64,000 nt of DNA, taken from Octopus vulgaris (taxonomy: Eukaryota). The stretch lies in the NCBI GenBank assembly GCA_951406725.2, contig OX597815.1, forward strand, positions 158,782,001-158,846,000, given 5' to 3'. The notes beneath the pieces were generated by a model. That model was given only the letters and a program-made list of their open reading frames with translations. It had not been told where the DNA came from and searched no databases. The position numbers and the translations under genes were made by a program. Shown here one piece after another: positions 1-13,359 of the stretch (position 1 is its first letter; every line of letters starts with the position of its first letter).

Positions 1-431
1 CCTTCCCCTAATCAGCTTCGAAACGATTCATTATAACCAGTTGATTTGGGAAATTATGACTGATTTATCTGATACAAATCGAAAACTGCATGATCAATGT
101 TTGATTTCAATAGGTTTTCAAAGCCTTGTTAACACGAAGGATAACCTGGAGATCTTGTGTCAGTTTAAAGGTTGCTTTAACGTTTTTCATTGATGGATCT
201 CATTTTACAAAATGAAATCTGACAGTCATAAAAGTAAAGCTGAGCAAAATTGTGATTTTTGTGATAAAACTCAAGTATCGTCGTGGACTGTAGCCATGCT
301 TGGACACCGCCTCGGAAGGTTTAATCGAACGTGTTAAGCCTAGTATTTATTTTCTTTTAAAGTGTAGTACTTATTCTACCGTCTTTCTTGTGGACATTAC
401 ACCTAAATTAGAAACACACAAATATATTTAC

Positions 432-500
<69 letters not shown>

Positions 501-501
<1 letters not shown>

Positions 502-682
502 GTGACGTATATTTGCCATCTCAATATGGCTACCCCTAAGGGTGGATGCTACTGTAGTTTTTAGCCCCAGGAGGACACACTCCTCCAGCTGGCCATAGAC
601 ACACTTTCTGTGTCCTGTCAGTATTTGCAAAGGGAAGTCACCCTTAGGGGTAGCCATATTGAGATGGCAAATATACGTCACG
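501..682. mobile_element. Short MITE with perfect 44-bp terminal inverted repeats
   Basis: CGTGACGTATATTTGCCATCTCAATATGGCTACCCCTAAGGGTG at 501-544 and its exact reverse complement at 639-682; inserted at the end of a (TA)n run. Diverged relatives of the left/internal part lie at ~930-1015 and ~1270-1355. Confidence 0.8.
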
Positions 683-812
683 ATGTGTTACCGCTACTGT
701 ATATAACTCACTTTGATATTTATCATTGTTATATATATATATATATACATATATTTATACATATACATACATATTTATACATATATATATATATATATAT
801 ACATACATATTT

Positions 813-853
<41 letters not shown>

Positions 854-887
854 CATACATATACATATGTACATATACATACGCACT

Positions 888-923
<36 letters not shown>

Positions 924-1609
924 TATATATTTTTTGCCAACTAAATGTGTCGTTCCTATGGAAGACGGTTTTACTGTTGTTTTAGCCCCAGGAAGACATC
1001 TCCTCCAGCTGGACAACGTCACACAGTCCGCGTTCGATTATTATTCGCGAGGGAGATCATCGCTCCCATCGCAAGTGATACACATAGACTTAGGTTCCTG
1101 AATGGTTACCTGTCTTCTGTGTGTGTTAATCGCAGGCTAGTGGTGAAGAACTCGCAAATTATTATATGCTTTTTCCAGCGACACACCGTCGCTGATCTCG
1201 TAAAGAGAGAGAGATAATTTATACTAAATATCTGAGCGCGAGATAAACAGTAACGGTACGGAATCTTAAAATATATTTGCCAACTAAATGTGGCGGTCCT
1301 ATAGAGGAGAGTATTACTGTTGTCTTTGCTCCAAGAAGACATCTACAGCTGGCCAGCAGATATATATATATAAACGGCAAAATGTCTGTCTGTTTGTGTG
1401 TGTGTATCCTTTATACAAATCCACAATTTTTCAGTTAGAGAGCTCGCACTTTCTATGGTCATTCAAAACCGTTCAAGATGGTCGTGCACATCTTTACATT
1501 TCCCCATTAAAAATCAATAGAAGTGACTTTTTTGTGAATTTTCTATCCAAAATCCAATCAAAATGTCCGAAACTTGATATGCCAATTGAATGCCAGCTAG
1601 CTTATATAT

Positions 1610-1611
<2 letters not shown>

Positions 1612-1699
<88 letters not shown>

Positions 1700-1760
1700 G
1701 GATGGATGGATGGATGGATGGATGGATGGATGGATGGATGGATGGATGGATGGATGGATG

Positions 1761-1803
<43 letters not shown>
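1612..1803. repeat. Compound (GATA)n/(GATG)n microsatellite
   Basis: Directly visible tandem tetranucleotide repeats. Confidence 0.95.
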
Positions 1804-2444
1804 TTAGAACATCAAAGAACCCATTTCACGCCACAGCTTCACCCAGATTCATAGATCAATCACGTGAAACTGTGGTGGCTCACTCGTGATGCCTAACCGA
1901 ATATCGAACGGTTAGAGTTCGAATCACAACAGGAGGACTTGTAAAACCCATGGACCCGTATCGTTCGTTCAGACTAGGAAAAAAAGGGCAAAAAAAAAGC
2001 TCAGAAGTAACAAATACTGCAACAGGCAGATTAATACCTACAACCGGAGTAATACTGACATATCTAATGAAATTTAATATGCATTATTTAATTGAATTTG
2101 TTTAATGACATCATAATCACGTCCAACCACATAAGTAGTGTAAGCCACGACTAACAAAAAATTCTACATTGTTGATGTTATTGTTGATTATTATTAATAT
2201 TACTATTAAAGTGCGAGCTGGTAGAATCGTTAATGCTTCGAACAAAATATTTAGCGGCATTTCTTTCGGCTGCTTATATTTTAATTTTAAATTCCGCTGT
2301 GGTCCTCTTTGCTTTTCATCCTTTCGGGATCGATATATTGAGGTTCCAGCTCAGCACTGAAGTCGATGTAATCGTCTACCCACCTCCCGAAAATTTCATG
2401 CTTTGTGTCCACGTAGAAACAATTATTAGTATAAATATTTGTTG

Positions 2445-2805
2445 CTGTGTGGTAAGTAGCTTGCTTACGAACCACATGGTTCCGGGTTCAATTCCACTGC
2501 GTGGCACCTTGCGCAAGTGTCTTCTACTATAGCCTCGAGCCGACCAAAACCTTGTGAGTGGATTGGGTAGACGGAAACTGAAAGAAGCCCGTCGTATATA
2601 TATGTGTATATATATGTATGTGTGTGTATATGTTTGTGTGTGTGTTTGTTCCCCGTAACTTAGCGGTTCGGCAAAAGAGAACCGATAGAATAAGTACTAG
2701 ACTTACAAAGAATAAGTCCTGGGGTCGATTTGTTCGACTAAAGGCGGTACTCCAGCATGGCCACAGTCAAATGACTGGAACAAGTAAAAGAGTAAAAGAG
2801 TAAGA
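2445..2805 (+). mobile_element. SINE family A (tRNA-like head, CORE-like centre, LINE-like tail)
   Basis: Box-A/B-like head (TGTGTGGTAAG...GGTTCAATTCC), ACCTTG.GCAAG centre, internal (TA/TG)n, tail CCAGCATGGCC..AGTCAAATGACT..(GTAAAAGA)n. More than 10 related copies in the window. Confidence 0.8.
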
Positions 2806-3428
2806 GTAATTGTTAGAACGTAGGATAAAATGCCTTTGTGAAATTTCACCGGCGTTTTACGTTTCCAGTTCAAATCCTGCCGCGGTCGATTTTGCTTTTC
2901 AACCTTCCAGAATTAATTAAACAAAGTACTAAGCAAGAACTGGGGTCGATTATATCAACTGAATCCCTCCCTCAGATTTCGAACCTTGTGTCTATGTTAG
3001 AAATAGTTATTGCGTTGAATTAGAAGAATCGTTAGAGTATTGACTTAAATATCTTGTGGTATGTATTCCAGTTCTTTACGAATCGAGTTCAAATCCCACT
3101 GATATCAACTTTATCTTTTATCCTTCCAGATTTGATGAAGTACCAGTCACGACTAACTCCGCCTCTTACAACTTTCTGGCCTTTTATCTAAATCAGGAAC
3201 CGTCACAATTATAGCGATGAGAGTGGCAGAATCATGAGAGCGTCGGTATTTATTACGACTCTCTACCATCTGCGTTCAAATCCCTCCGAGGTTAACTTGC
3301 TTTCATTCTTTGGGGGTCGAAAAATTCAAGTAGCAGTCAAAATCTGGGTTCCATTTAGTCGATTGTCTGTTGATCTGTCCCTAAAAATCTAAGCATCTAT
3401 ATCGTCTCGCCAATTCTATTCGCCACTA

Positions 3429-3460
<32 letters not shown>

Positions 3461-5726
3461 AGTGATGGTCGTGGTGGTGGCAGTGGTGGTGAGGGCGTAT
3501 GGAAAGACTGCTGCTCACAGTCCCATTATGACTACTACTATCACTACAACTCCGTTGACCTGGAGAAGTTAGCTGTTTGCGCCTGGCTAGTTTTCTGAAA
3601 TCTTATCACCATCTGCTTGCCTTCAGGTGATGAAGCTGCATGATTTAATCTTGTCATCCAAGCGCCACCATCACCGCCACCACCACCACCACCACCACCA
3701 CCATCACCAACACCACCACCACAACCACTACCACTACCATTATCACTGCCATTATCACTATCATCATCAACACCAACACCAAGCCCTTTTTGCCCCTTCT
3801 GTATTCTTCCTGCTAATAGCTTCTTCTCGCTGATTTAATGTTTCTGACCCCTTCACAACCTTACAGTGTAAGAGTTTAAGCCATCTTATTAAATCTCGAC
3901 AGTCTTCAAATATTAACCTCATACTTCCTTTTTCCTAGATTTAGCTTCAAAATAAGAACCGTAAGGAAGATTTTTCAGTTAGATCTTCATCTATGTTCTT
4001 TTATTTTATTGTATTATTCTATTCCATTGTATGCTCTTTTTCCTTTTTCGCAAAACTTATTTTCTTTTACTATTTTCCTTTTTATTTGAATTTTTCTCCT
4101 TTTGTATTTTTTTTCTAGTTCCACCACACTCTCCAGGCTGTGTAATCGTATTTTGTTCTCGTTTTATTATTATTATTAATAATTTATATACTATTTCCGT
4201 TTTTCTTCCCTTAACCGGTATATATTTTTCTCACTGTCTTTTCCTCGTCTTTCTTCCTACTATTTTATCTGATTTAGTTTCACCCTTATATTTTTCGACC
4301 CTCCATTTTTTCTAAAGCATTATATTTTCATAGACTTTTGTTGAAATTTATATAATGTACTAGAATAGCCCCTTGTACTAACAATGGATTCTAGCTAATG
4401 GTGCAAGCTCCCACACATTTTAGGTCATTTAAATACATCAGTGGCATATATTTTACGACGTCACAGAGTGAAAAAAGCAAAGATGATCTCGGCTGGATTC
4501 GAACTCAAAACTTAAAGGAACGCAACTAAGTGCCGCATTATAGTTAGTCCGACGCCCTTTCTGATTCTGCCAATTATTTGTCAACTCACTGCAAAGTAGA
4601 ATATTGGCTTCAAATTTTGGCACAAGGCCAGCAATTTCGAGGGAGGGAATAACTCAATTACATCGACCCCCAGTGTCCAAGTGATACTTATTTTATCGAC
4701 CCGAAAAGATGAAAAGTAAAGTTCGACCACACCGGCATTTGAACTCAGAACGTAAAGAGGGACACAATGCCGCTAAGCATTTTACCTAGCGTGCTAACGA
4801 TTCTACCAGCTTGCCGATGTAGAATATTGGTAATGGTAGAGTCGCAAGAGCATCGGATAGAACTCCTTGCGAAATTCTTTCTGACTCTCTTCACTCCAAT
4901 TTCAAATTCTGTCGAGGTCAATTCTTTTTAACCCTTCATGGATTGGTAAAGAAAGTACCTGTCAGATATTTGGGTCGGTCATCTATCTATCTAGCTATCT
5001 ATCTATCTACTCCTCTCGCCGTCAAAGTATATACCATCCCTTTCTTCCACACATACCATCCCTTTCTTCAGGAGCGGAAAAAAATTGAGTGAAATGGTAG
5101 CAACCTCATCTCATAGAACGAGTAATATTCTTCTGAAACGACCTAAAGACAGACTGATGAGCAGCTCAGCTTGAAAAGGGAATACACAGTAGCGTGAGGT
5201 GTATCACCCAGAGTTGCCCCTGAGCTTGCTGTTCCGTCTTGGGCCCCCAAACTTATCAAGCCCCCAAGCTTACTGCAGCAGACCCAAAAGCACCACCCCT
5301 ATAAAAGCATTGCCCGGGCGGTACTTGTTCTATCGAATCTTTTCCTGAACCGCTACGTTACGAATACGTAAACGCACCAACACTGGTTGACAAGTAGGTG
5401 GGGGGACAAAGACAGACACAAACACACATCAACATACGCGCGCGCGAACACCCTCTCACACTGCTTCTTTCAGTTTCCGTCTACCATATTCACTCACAAG
5501 GCTTTGGTCAGCCCGAAGCTACAGTAGAGGACATAAAAATTTATATATATGCACGTATGATATACTCTTTTTCTTGTTTCAGTTTCCGTCAACCAAATCC
5601 ATTCTCAAGGTTTTGGTCTGCCTGAGGCTATAGTAGAAGACACGCTCCCAAGGTGCCACGCAGTGGGATTGAACCAGGAACCATGGGATTGGTAAACAAG
5701 CTACTTACCACATAGCCACTCCTGTT

Positions 5727-5843
<117 letters not shown>

Positions 5844-6683
5844 TTATACATACTCAAGGCTTCCACACAATTTCTGTCTATCACATTCACTCACGAGGCT
5901 TAGGTTGGCTCGGGGCTATAGTAGAATACAAGGTGCCGCACAGTAGGACTGAACCAGGAAACACGCGGAGGCTGCAAAGCGAGCTTCTTAATCACGCGGT
6001 CAAGCCTGTGTCAGATTGGGATAGAGAATATGAGTAACTGGTCGTTGCGTGACCCGTTTACGCGTTCTGCTTTAAAATATTGATTCATTGAAAGTAGCGC
6101 CAAGCTAAATCTCCACTATTTACAAACGAAGGAGTGTTTGGGTTAGGAAACCAACATCAGGTGGCTGCTGTTCAGAGAATATTTAAATTTAGCTTCTTGG
6201 TACATGAGTACGGCATGCGCGTGCACATACACACATGCACACACACACACACATACATGAATGTGTGTACGTGTGTGTGTGTACTAGTGGGGTGGTCGAG
6301 GAGAGAATAAACAAGCTGTTTTGCCCGACTGAAACTCACTTCCTCAGAGCAATAGCTTTTCTACCTCCTACTGAGAAGACGGTGGGCTGGTAAAATCAGT
6401 AGAGTGGTAGACAAAATGCCTTTTGATGTTACTTGACTCACTTTAAGTTCTATGTTCAAGTTTCACTGGAACTCAGTTTTTGCCTTTCAGTCTATCAGGG
6501 CCGAGAAAATAAACTTTCAATCAAACACTGTTTCATATACGTATATATAGGCAGAAGCGTGGCTATGTGGTAAGGAGCTCGCTTGACACCTTCGGCAAGT
6601 GTCTTCTACTATAACCTCGGGTCGACTAAAAGCCTTGTGAGTGGATTTGGTAGACAGAAATTGAAAGAAGCTCGTCGTATATA

Positions 6684-7930
6684 TACGAGGTCTGTCTGAA
6701 AAGGATTAGGTATGCAGTGTGAGCTATGAGCGAAAAAGTGATAAGCGGATTGTGTTATCATTTAACATGATATCTTGGGAATATATAACTGTAATATTAG
6801 CTTTCTGCAACCAATGCATATTTTTCTACATGTTCTTGTTGGTAATTTTTTGGTTATCTTACTCCTATTAAAAAATTGGGTTATCTCCCCCCAACTAAAA
6901 AAATTGTTTAACCCTCAATAAAAACAAAAAAGAATGATAAAATTATTAAACATGAAAAGCGAAAAGATTAAACATCTTAGTGAATTTGATAATATTTTTA
7001 TAATACACCATGCACAATTGAAAAAATTAATAAACATGAAAGCTGAAAAAATTAAACATCTCATTGAATCTAATTACATTTTTATATCAAATCATACCAT
7101 ATCTATTGAGGAGGCCAAAAGTCAACAATGTGCTGAAGTATTGAATCAAAAGGATGTTACCCTTTTAACTCAATCTCTCGTCGCCACATAAACTCAATGT
7201 TTTAGGGGGGAGATAACCCAATTTTTTAATGGCAATTTTTTAATGGGGGTGAGATAATCAAAAAGTACCGTTTTTGTTTACATACCTTTTACAAGTCGTT
7301 CAGCTATTAATACTGTGGAACGAACAATGAACACCGAGCAACTAATTGGTTCTGTTGGGGAAAACTCCGTCACAAGCACTTGATGTGCTTCAACAAGTGT
7401 TTGGAGATAACACCATGTAGCGCACACGTGTTTTTGAGTGACACAAAAGATTCAAAGAAGTGGAAAATGATTCGCGGAGCGGGAGGCCTTCAGCAAGCAG
7501 GACTGAGGTCAACGTCGAGCAGTCAATCAGCATATCTACAAAGAAATCCTGCGGTGTTTGCTTCGCTGTGCGTAAGAAGAGACGAGAGTTGTGACAGAAC
7601 AAATCGTGGCTACGTCACCACGACAATGCACCTACTCACAACCGAACATCCAGCAGTTTCTGGCCGAGAAGAATATCGCCGTACTGGACCTATCTCCCTA
7701 TTCACCCAATCTTGTTCCGTGTGACTTTCTTCTTTTCTCCAAGCTCAAGGGGATCATCAAGGGAACCTGTTTTGAAGGCGTAGAGGCCATCATAAAGGCC
7801 GTAGCGACGGAGCTGAGGGGCATCCCAGATGAATCCTTTCAGCAGTGCATAGAAGTGTGGGAGAGGAAAATGGAAAAGTGCATTAGACTCGAGAGAGATA
7901 AAATTTGAAGGGAAAACCATGTAGTTTGTT
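6684..7930 (+). mobile_element. Decayed, internally deleted mariner DNA transposon
   Basis: Starts TACGAGGTCTG (mariner-type end). N-terminal remnant LQQVFGDNTM*RTRVFE*HKRFKE (~7390-7460). C-terminal remnant SPYSPNLVPCDFLLFSKLK...W..KMEKCI (ORF 7591-7908) matches the YSPDLAPCDF motif. Stops and frameshifts are present. Confidence 0.85.
6841..7269. mobile_element. MITE nested in the mariner (GGTA...TACC termini, 9-bp TSD; Merlin- or Mutator-like)
   Basis: Imperfect inverted repeats (ATTAAAAAATTGGGTTATCTCCCCCC / GGGGGGAGATAACCCAATTTTTTAAT). Flanks GTTCTTGTT (6832-6840) and GTTTTTGTT (7270-7278). Confidence 0.7.
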
Positions 7931-8376
7931 GAAATTGAAATATATGTATGTTTGTCTATGTCTGTGTGTCTCTGTTTGTCGCCCCCACCATTGCTTGACA
8001 AGCGGTGTTGGTGTTTACGTCCCCGTAACTTAGCAGTTTGGCAAAAGAAAACCGATTGAATAAGTACTAGGTTTTAAAAATAAGTCCTGGGGTTGATTGG
8101 TTCGGTCAAACCCATTCGAGGCGGTGTTCTAGCAAAGCCGCAGTCAAATGACTGAAACGAGTAAAAGGTATTTTCTTATCTTGGTACAGGGCCAGAAATT
8201 TTGAGGGGTGCGGAAGTCGATTACATCGACCCCTGTGCACAACTAGAGCTTATTTTATCGACCCCCAAAAGATGAAAGGTGTAGTCAATCACAGCGTAAT
8301 TTTGAACTGTGAATGTAAAGACAGACAAAATGCTTAGCAGCAATTTGTCCAGCGTATTAACGATATTGCTGGCTCG

Positions 8377-8434
<58 letters not shown>

Positions 8435-9221
8435 TCATGTGAAAAAAAGAATCCGTGGCTCTTTGCGGTGCCTCCGATGTAGGTGGGTAGGTGGGAGGGA
8501 GGTATCCTCCAATCGAATGCGGGCAACAGTAGACTCCACTAAAGGCACCCAAGGTTGATACGTTGTCGTGGTAAAATGGGTGATGAATTAAGTAAACCGC
8601 CAAAGTAAGCCATGCCAAGATTTGAACTCAGATCATAAGGAGCCGGAAAAAATATTGCAATATATTTGACCCGATGTCCTAACAGTTCCGCTAATTCGCC
8701 GCCCTGGGTTATTTATTTATTTATTTTTGATCGATCCCGAAAGGCAAAAATTGACCTCACAGGAATTGGATCTCAGAATACTGCGAAGCACTTCTACTGC
8801 TTTAACAATTTTGCCAGTTTGCTGCCTAGATTTATGACCTGGATTTGCAGCCAAAACTTGTGGCCTTATACCTACAATAGAAATTACAATATACTTTTCA
8901 GCTGGTGGTGGCGAGTTGGCGGAATCGTTAGCGAATTAGACACGATACTTAGCGGCATTTCTCCTAGCTCTTTATAATCTGGGCTCAAATTCCACCGACG
9001 TCATTCCTTCGGGGGCCGATAAAATAATGTATAGGTTCAGTACTGGAGTCGGAGTAATGAAGTTGTGCCCTCTTCTAAAAACTGCTGATCTTGTACCAAA
9101 ATTTGAAACCATTACACATTTTCTTTTTGAGTTAGGTGAAAATCTGCGAAGTACAAACAGTATTGTACTGTATATTTATAATTTATAATTTGTATATATT
9201 TATTTTATCATAAATGCAAAA

Positions 9222-9294
9222 TACAGTGGAATCGACATAAGCTTAAATAATAAACGGCGATAGGTGAAGCGCGATATGACGAGGGATTACTGTA
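9222..9294. mobile_element. Possible tiny Tc1/pogo-type MITE remnant
   Basis: TACAGT...ACTGTA termini with weak internal inverted similarity. Confidence 0.3.
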
Positions 9295-9698
9295 TTTGTA
9301 ACATGGGTGAACAATTGGTTTACTCACCTTTTACTCTCCCTGCTTCTTCTACCAAAACTTTAGCGACCCCTGTTCTTTAAAACATATTGGATAATTGTAA
9401 GCATTCTCCAGCTTACCCACTCGTCCTACTGATCTCCTCTGCTCTCATATTTTTAATTGTATACGACGTCTAATAACTCCACACTAAAAAGCCGGTACTT
9501 TCCTATTTCGACACACAATTTTTTATTTACAAAAGTGTTAATAAATAACAATTACACTTATGAAACGAGGGTAATAGTTGATTGGCGATCTTTCGATATA
9601 GTTATCGGTTTTTAGAAAAGTACTAGTAAAAAGTACAAGAAAAGAGTGTGGAATTGCAGGGCAAAATATTAAAAAATGTAATGTTAACAGAGAATACC

Positions 9699-10108
9699 TA
9701 TTTCTTTACTGCCAACTTAGAGGAGATAAACAAGGACAGACAAAGGGATTAAGTCGATTATATCAAACCCAGTGCGTAACTGGTACTTAATTTATCGACC
9801 CCGAAAGAATGAAAGGCAAAGTCGATCTCGGCGGAATTTGAACTCAGAACGTAGTGGCAGACGAAATACCTATTTCTATTTCTTTATTACCCACAAGGGG
9901 CTAAACATAGAGGGGACAAACAAGGACAGGCATAGGTATTAAGTCGATTACATCGACCCCAGTGTGTAACTGGTACTTAATTTATCGACCCCGAAAGGAT
10001 GAAAGCAAAGTCGACCTCGGCGGAATTTGAACTCAGAACGTAGCGGCAGACGAAATACCGCTAAGCATTTCACCCGGCGTGCTAACGTTTCTGCCAGCTC
10101 GCCGCCTT
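9699..10108 (-). mobile_element. SINE family B tandem dimer with 15-bp TSD
   Basis: Full monomer plus a 5'-truncated monomer; flanked by TTAACAGAGAATACC at 9684-9698 and 10109-10123. Confidence 0.85.
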
Positions 10109-10284
10109 TTAACAGAGAATACCTTCACGGAAGAAAGCTATCACATAATTACTTTCCTTTTTCCTTCTCCACGAGGTAGTGATAGTTATTCTGAAAGTTC
10201 ACCGATCAACTATTATACCCATCTTATATGTGTAATAGTTTATTTATTAATTCTCTAGTACATAAATTGGCTGTCGATATTAAC

Positions 10285-10610
10285 TGGCACTCCGTCGGTT
10301 ACGACCACGAGTGTTCCAGTTGATACGGCCAATGGAACAGCCTGCACGTGTTTTTAACGTGTAAGTGTTTGAGCACTCCACAGACATGCGTACCCTTAAC
10401 ACGCGTGCCCTTAACGTAGTTCACGGGTATATTCTGCGTGACACAGAATGTGACAAGGCTGGCCCTGTGAAATACCAGTATTACTCATTTGTGCCAGCAG
10501 ATTGAACTGGTGCATCGTAAAGTAAAGTGTCTTTCTCAAGGATTCAACACGATGCTGGGTATCGAGCCTACGACCTTGTGATCATGAGCCGAATACCCTA
10601 ACCACTAATC
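10285..10610 (-). mobile_element. SINE family C (tRNA-like head)
   Basis: Minus strand begins TAGTGGTTAGGGTATTCGGCTCA...GGCTCGATACC, then CTTGAGAAAGACACTT. Second copy at ~24765-25075. Confidence 0.75.
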
Positions 10611-12364
10611 AACCTGTTTTTACTGCTGTCGATAATAGGAAAGTACTCCCAAACCTTTTCCGGTCTCTCTTTCTCCTTAGACTTGCCAACTTCTGAAATT
10701 CACTGTTTACTTGTTTGCTGCAAATATGACACCTGCATGTTAATATTCGCGTTGGGCATCAACTACCCCACTATAACTATGCCATGGATACTACCCATCC
10801 TCCACCTTAGATTAAACTCCTGAATCAAATTGTGAAAATCGTCCTTCTAACGCACATACACTGAAACTGTAACAGAAAATGCGCAATTGGACATTTTCAA
10901 CAATCAGTAAATTTTCTTTGAATTTAGTGAATGTTTACGCACATTTTGTTTGCTTCTACGTATCAGCGAAGTGTCTTCGGTCCTGCCTAAAGAAAGACGC
11001 CTCTTTACAACTTAGAAACCAGACATCTAATAACAGACGATTGGTCAATTGGGCATTGTTCATGCTTAAAGTCATCTCATTCGATCAAGGCTGACTCGGA
11101 ATTAAAAATATTAATTTTTTAAAAAATTTCTCCACCCTAAGTAATTTTGTAGTTTCTCACTTTTTGGATCGAATGTTTTCAAGTAGACTATTCCGTTGCA
11201 ACATATGCTGGCGAGACTCTCTTTTTGTCAAGAACTGAAGTCAATTCAATTGGCTGTCCTCATTTCTAAAATTTACTATTTTTGTCTAGATAAGAAATAC
11301 ATGTGTGTGTGTGTGTAAATGCATTTACTATATTAAGGATTATTACTAGAGAGTGCATTATGTGCACTGACTATGAAATCATATGTGATTTGCGGCTAAA
11401 TCTGTTTTTAAGAGGAGACTTCAAAATTATATTTCCCCGCTTTCGGTACCGTGTATATTTATTAAAGTAGCTTTGATTTTAAGAGTCCCTTACAGCGTGA
11501 GATATTTACGTGTAGTAATACTCTTTAATATAATGAAAGTAGTTATACTTAAAGGGAATAATTATATATTTTGTATAAATTTTCCTCTTAACTGATTTTT
11601 CACGCTGGCTACTTCATAAATTCTTATATAGATTTTATCCTTATATCTAATTTAAGACAGACAGACAGACAGACACATAGACAGACACATAGATAGATAG
11701 ACACGTTGTTTTTCATGCAGATGAAATTCCAGAGTTATTTAATCTTCAAACAATTATTCTTTCCTGCGCAAATAAATATACAATCATGACGTGAATATTA
11801 AATCTGTATTTCACAGATCACTGTTTCTGCTATGCTTTGCTGACGAGGTCAAAATAATACCAAAACGTGTTGGGAGTTGTCTCCCGTAGCTGCTATAAAA
11901 ATGAAACAAAACAAAAACAGAAAAAACAAGCAATATTAATCATTGGTAATATCAGATATTTTTATTCTCATCACTGCATATTTATTTCTAGTTAGTATTT
12001 TATTGGTACCTACATAAAATATATATATATTAACACCAATTTACAGATAGATACCACGTTTAAACATCACATGAGGCCTTGTTAATCATATATAAACTGT
12101 TGATTATAAACGACCACAGGATAAAACCAGCAGGACATACGATAGATTTATACTGCACGTATAAATACGATACTTCTTATCAACGCCGACCCATCCTGAT
12201 TAGCTTGCTGCCACCACACTCTGTGAAAATTAGAAACGATAATAAAGAAAACTTTACATCCGGAAATCTAGCTGCGACCATCTTCCTGTTGAAATTATGA
12301 TGAATAGTGAGAAGCCGGCATGTCGAGAGTTTCAAAAGTGTATCAGAAATGTATTTTTTTATTT

Positions 12365-12581
12365 TTTATCTTTTACTTCTTTAAGTCATTAGACTGCAGC
12401 CATGCTGGGGCATCGCATTGAAGAACTCTGTTATTCGAAGGTATCGACTCCAGTACTTATGTTTTGTAAAGCCTGGTACTTATTCTTTCTGTCTTTTTTG
12501 CTGAACCATTAAGTTACGGGAACGTAAATACACTAGCACCGGTTGCCAAGCGATGAAGGTGGGGGAGAACACAGACACAAA

Positions 12582-12628
<47 letters not shown>

Positions 12629-12790
12629 GAAGAGATCCCTTCAGTTTCCGTCTACCAAATCAATTCACAAAGGCTTTGGTTAGACCGAGACATTAGTATA
12701 GGAAACTTGCCCAAGGTGCTAAGCAGTCAGACTGAACCCAGAACCAGGCGGGTTGGAAGCAAGCCTCTTAGCACACAGCCAAGCCTGCGT
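12365..12790 (-). mobile_element. SINE family A copy
   Basis: Reverse-complement match to family A, including internal (CA)n. Confidence 0.75.
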
Positions 12791-13031
12791 ATATAAAACA
12801 CTATAATCTTTGATGGTAACACTGTTAGTTTTAAAGAGTTCTACGTAATTGAGATTTCTTTCGTAGCTGCAGGTCAAGTTTGTAAACAGGAACTGACCTG
12901 GCATCTCTGTGATTACATACAGGAATGAGTGGGGATTGTCATGGGTAAACTTCCTTTTAAAGAGGACGTTAGGTGTATTGGTACCCCTTTTGTAATAAAT
13001 TATGTTAATCTTCATTGTGCAGTCTGATTAT

Positions 13032-13095
13032 GTGCTTGTGCGTGGGTGGTGCTTGTGCGTGGGTGGTGCTTGTGCGTGGGTGGTGCTTGTGCGTG
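13032..13095. repeat. 17-bp minisatellite (GTGCTTGTGCGTGGGTG) x ~3.7
   Basis: Directly visible. Confidence 0.85.
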
Positions 13096-13148
13096 TATGA
13101 GCACGTGAGAGAGAAAGAGACAAAGTGTGTGTGTGTGCGTGCCTGTGC

Positions 13149-13183
<35 letters not shown>

Positions 13184-13359
13184 CTTCTCCTTTGGTGAAG
13201 GTAAAGTATGTTCAAAAAACGAGAGGTTCGCTTCGCATTTACGAAAATCCGGTTTCGATTCCACTGCAGGTCATCTTCAGTTATTGCCTTTGACTATAAC
13301 CTCAGATCGTCCAAAAACCTGTAAGAGAAATTGTGTCGGCTGAAATCGTGTAAAGCACG

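Larger units (their letters stand above)
6548..8170 (+). mobile_element. Family A SINE split by a mariner insertion
   Basis: The head at 6548-6685 ends at GTCGTATATATA. The family A body resumes at ~7945 (TGTGTCTCTGTTTGTC...GCTTGACAA) and ends ...ATGACTGAAACGAGTAAAAG. Confidence 0.7.

Noticed and set aside
1-280. Possible coding fragment at the window start
   Set aside because: Short frames with stops and no recognisable motif.
300-1101. ORFs rich in YI/HT/CV repeats here and throughout (e.g. 15093-15822, 19072-19785, 31764-32377)
   Set aside because: Translations of (TA)n, (CA)n and (TACA)n microsatellites, not genes.
3627-3833. Poly-His ORF (also poly-Thr 43710-44072 and Ser-rich 30916-31374)
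   Set aside because: Trinucleotide low-complexity repeats with no domain or splice evidence.
5154-5176. CTGATGA...GAAA hammerhead-like string
   Set aside because: No convincing stems I and III; compatible with chance.
11840-11872. CTGACGAGGT...ACCAAAACGTG hammerhead-like string
   Set aside because: GAAA box is broken and stem I is unsupported; at most a decayed PLE end.
12719-13015. 98-aa minus-strand ORF
   Set aside because: Its C-terminus runs into a SINE and no motif was recognised in the rest.
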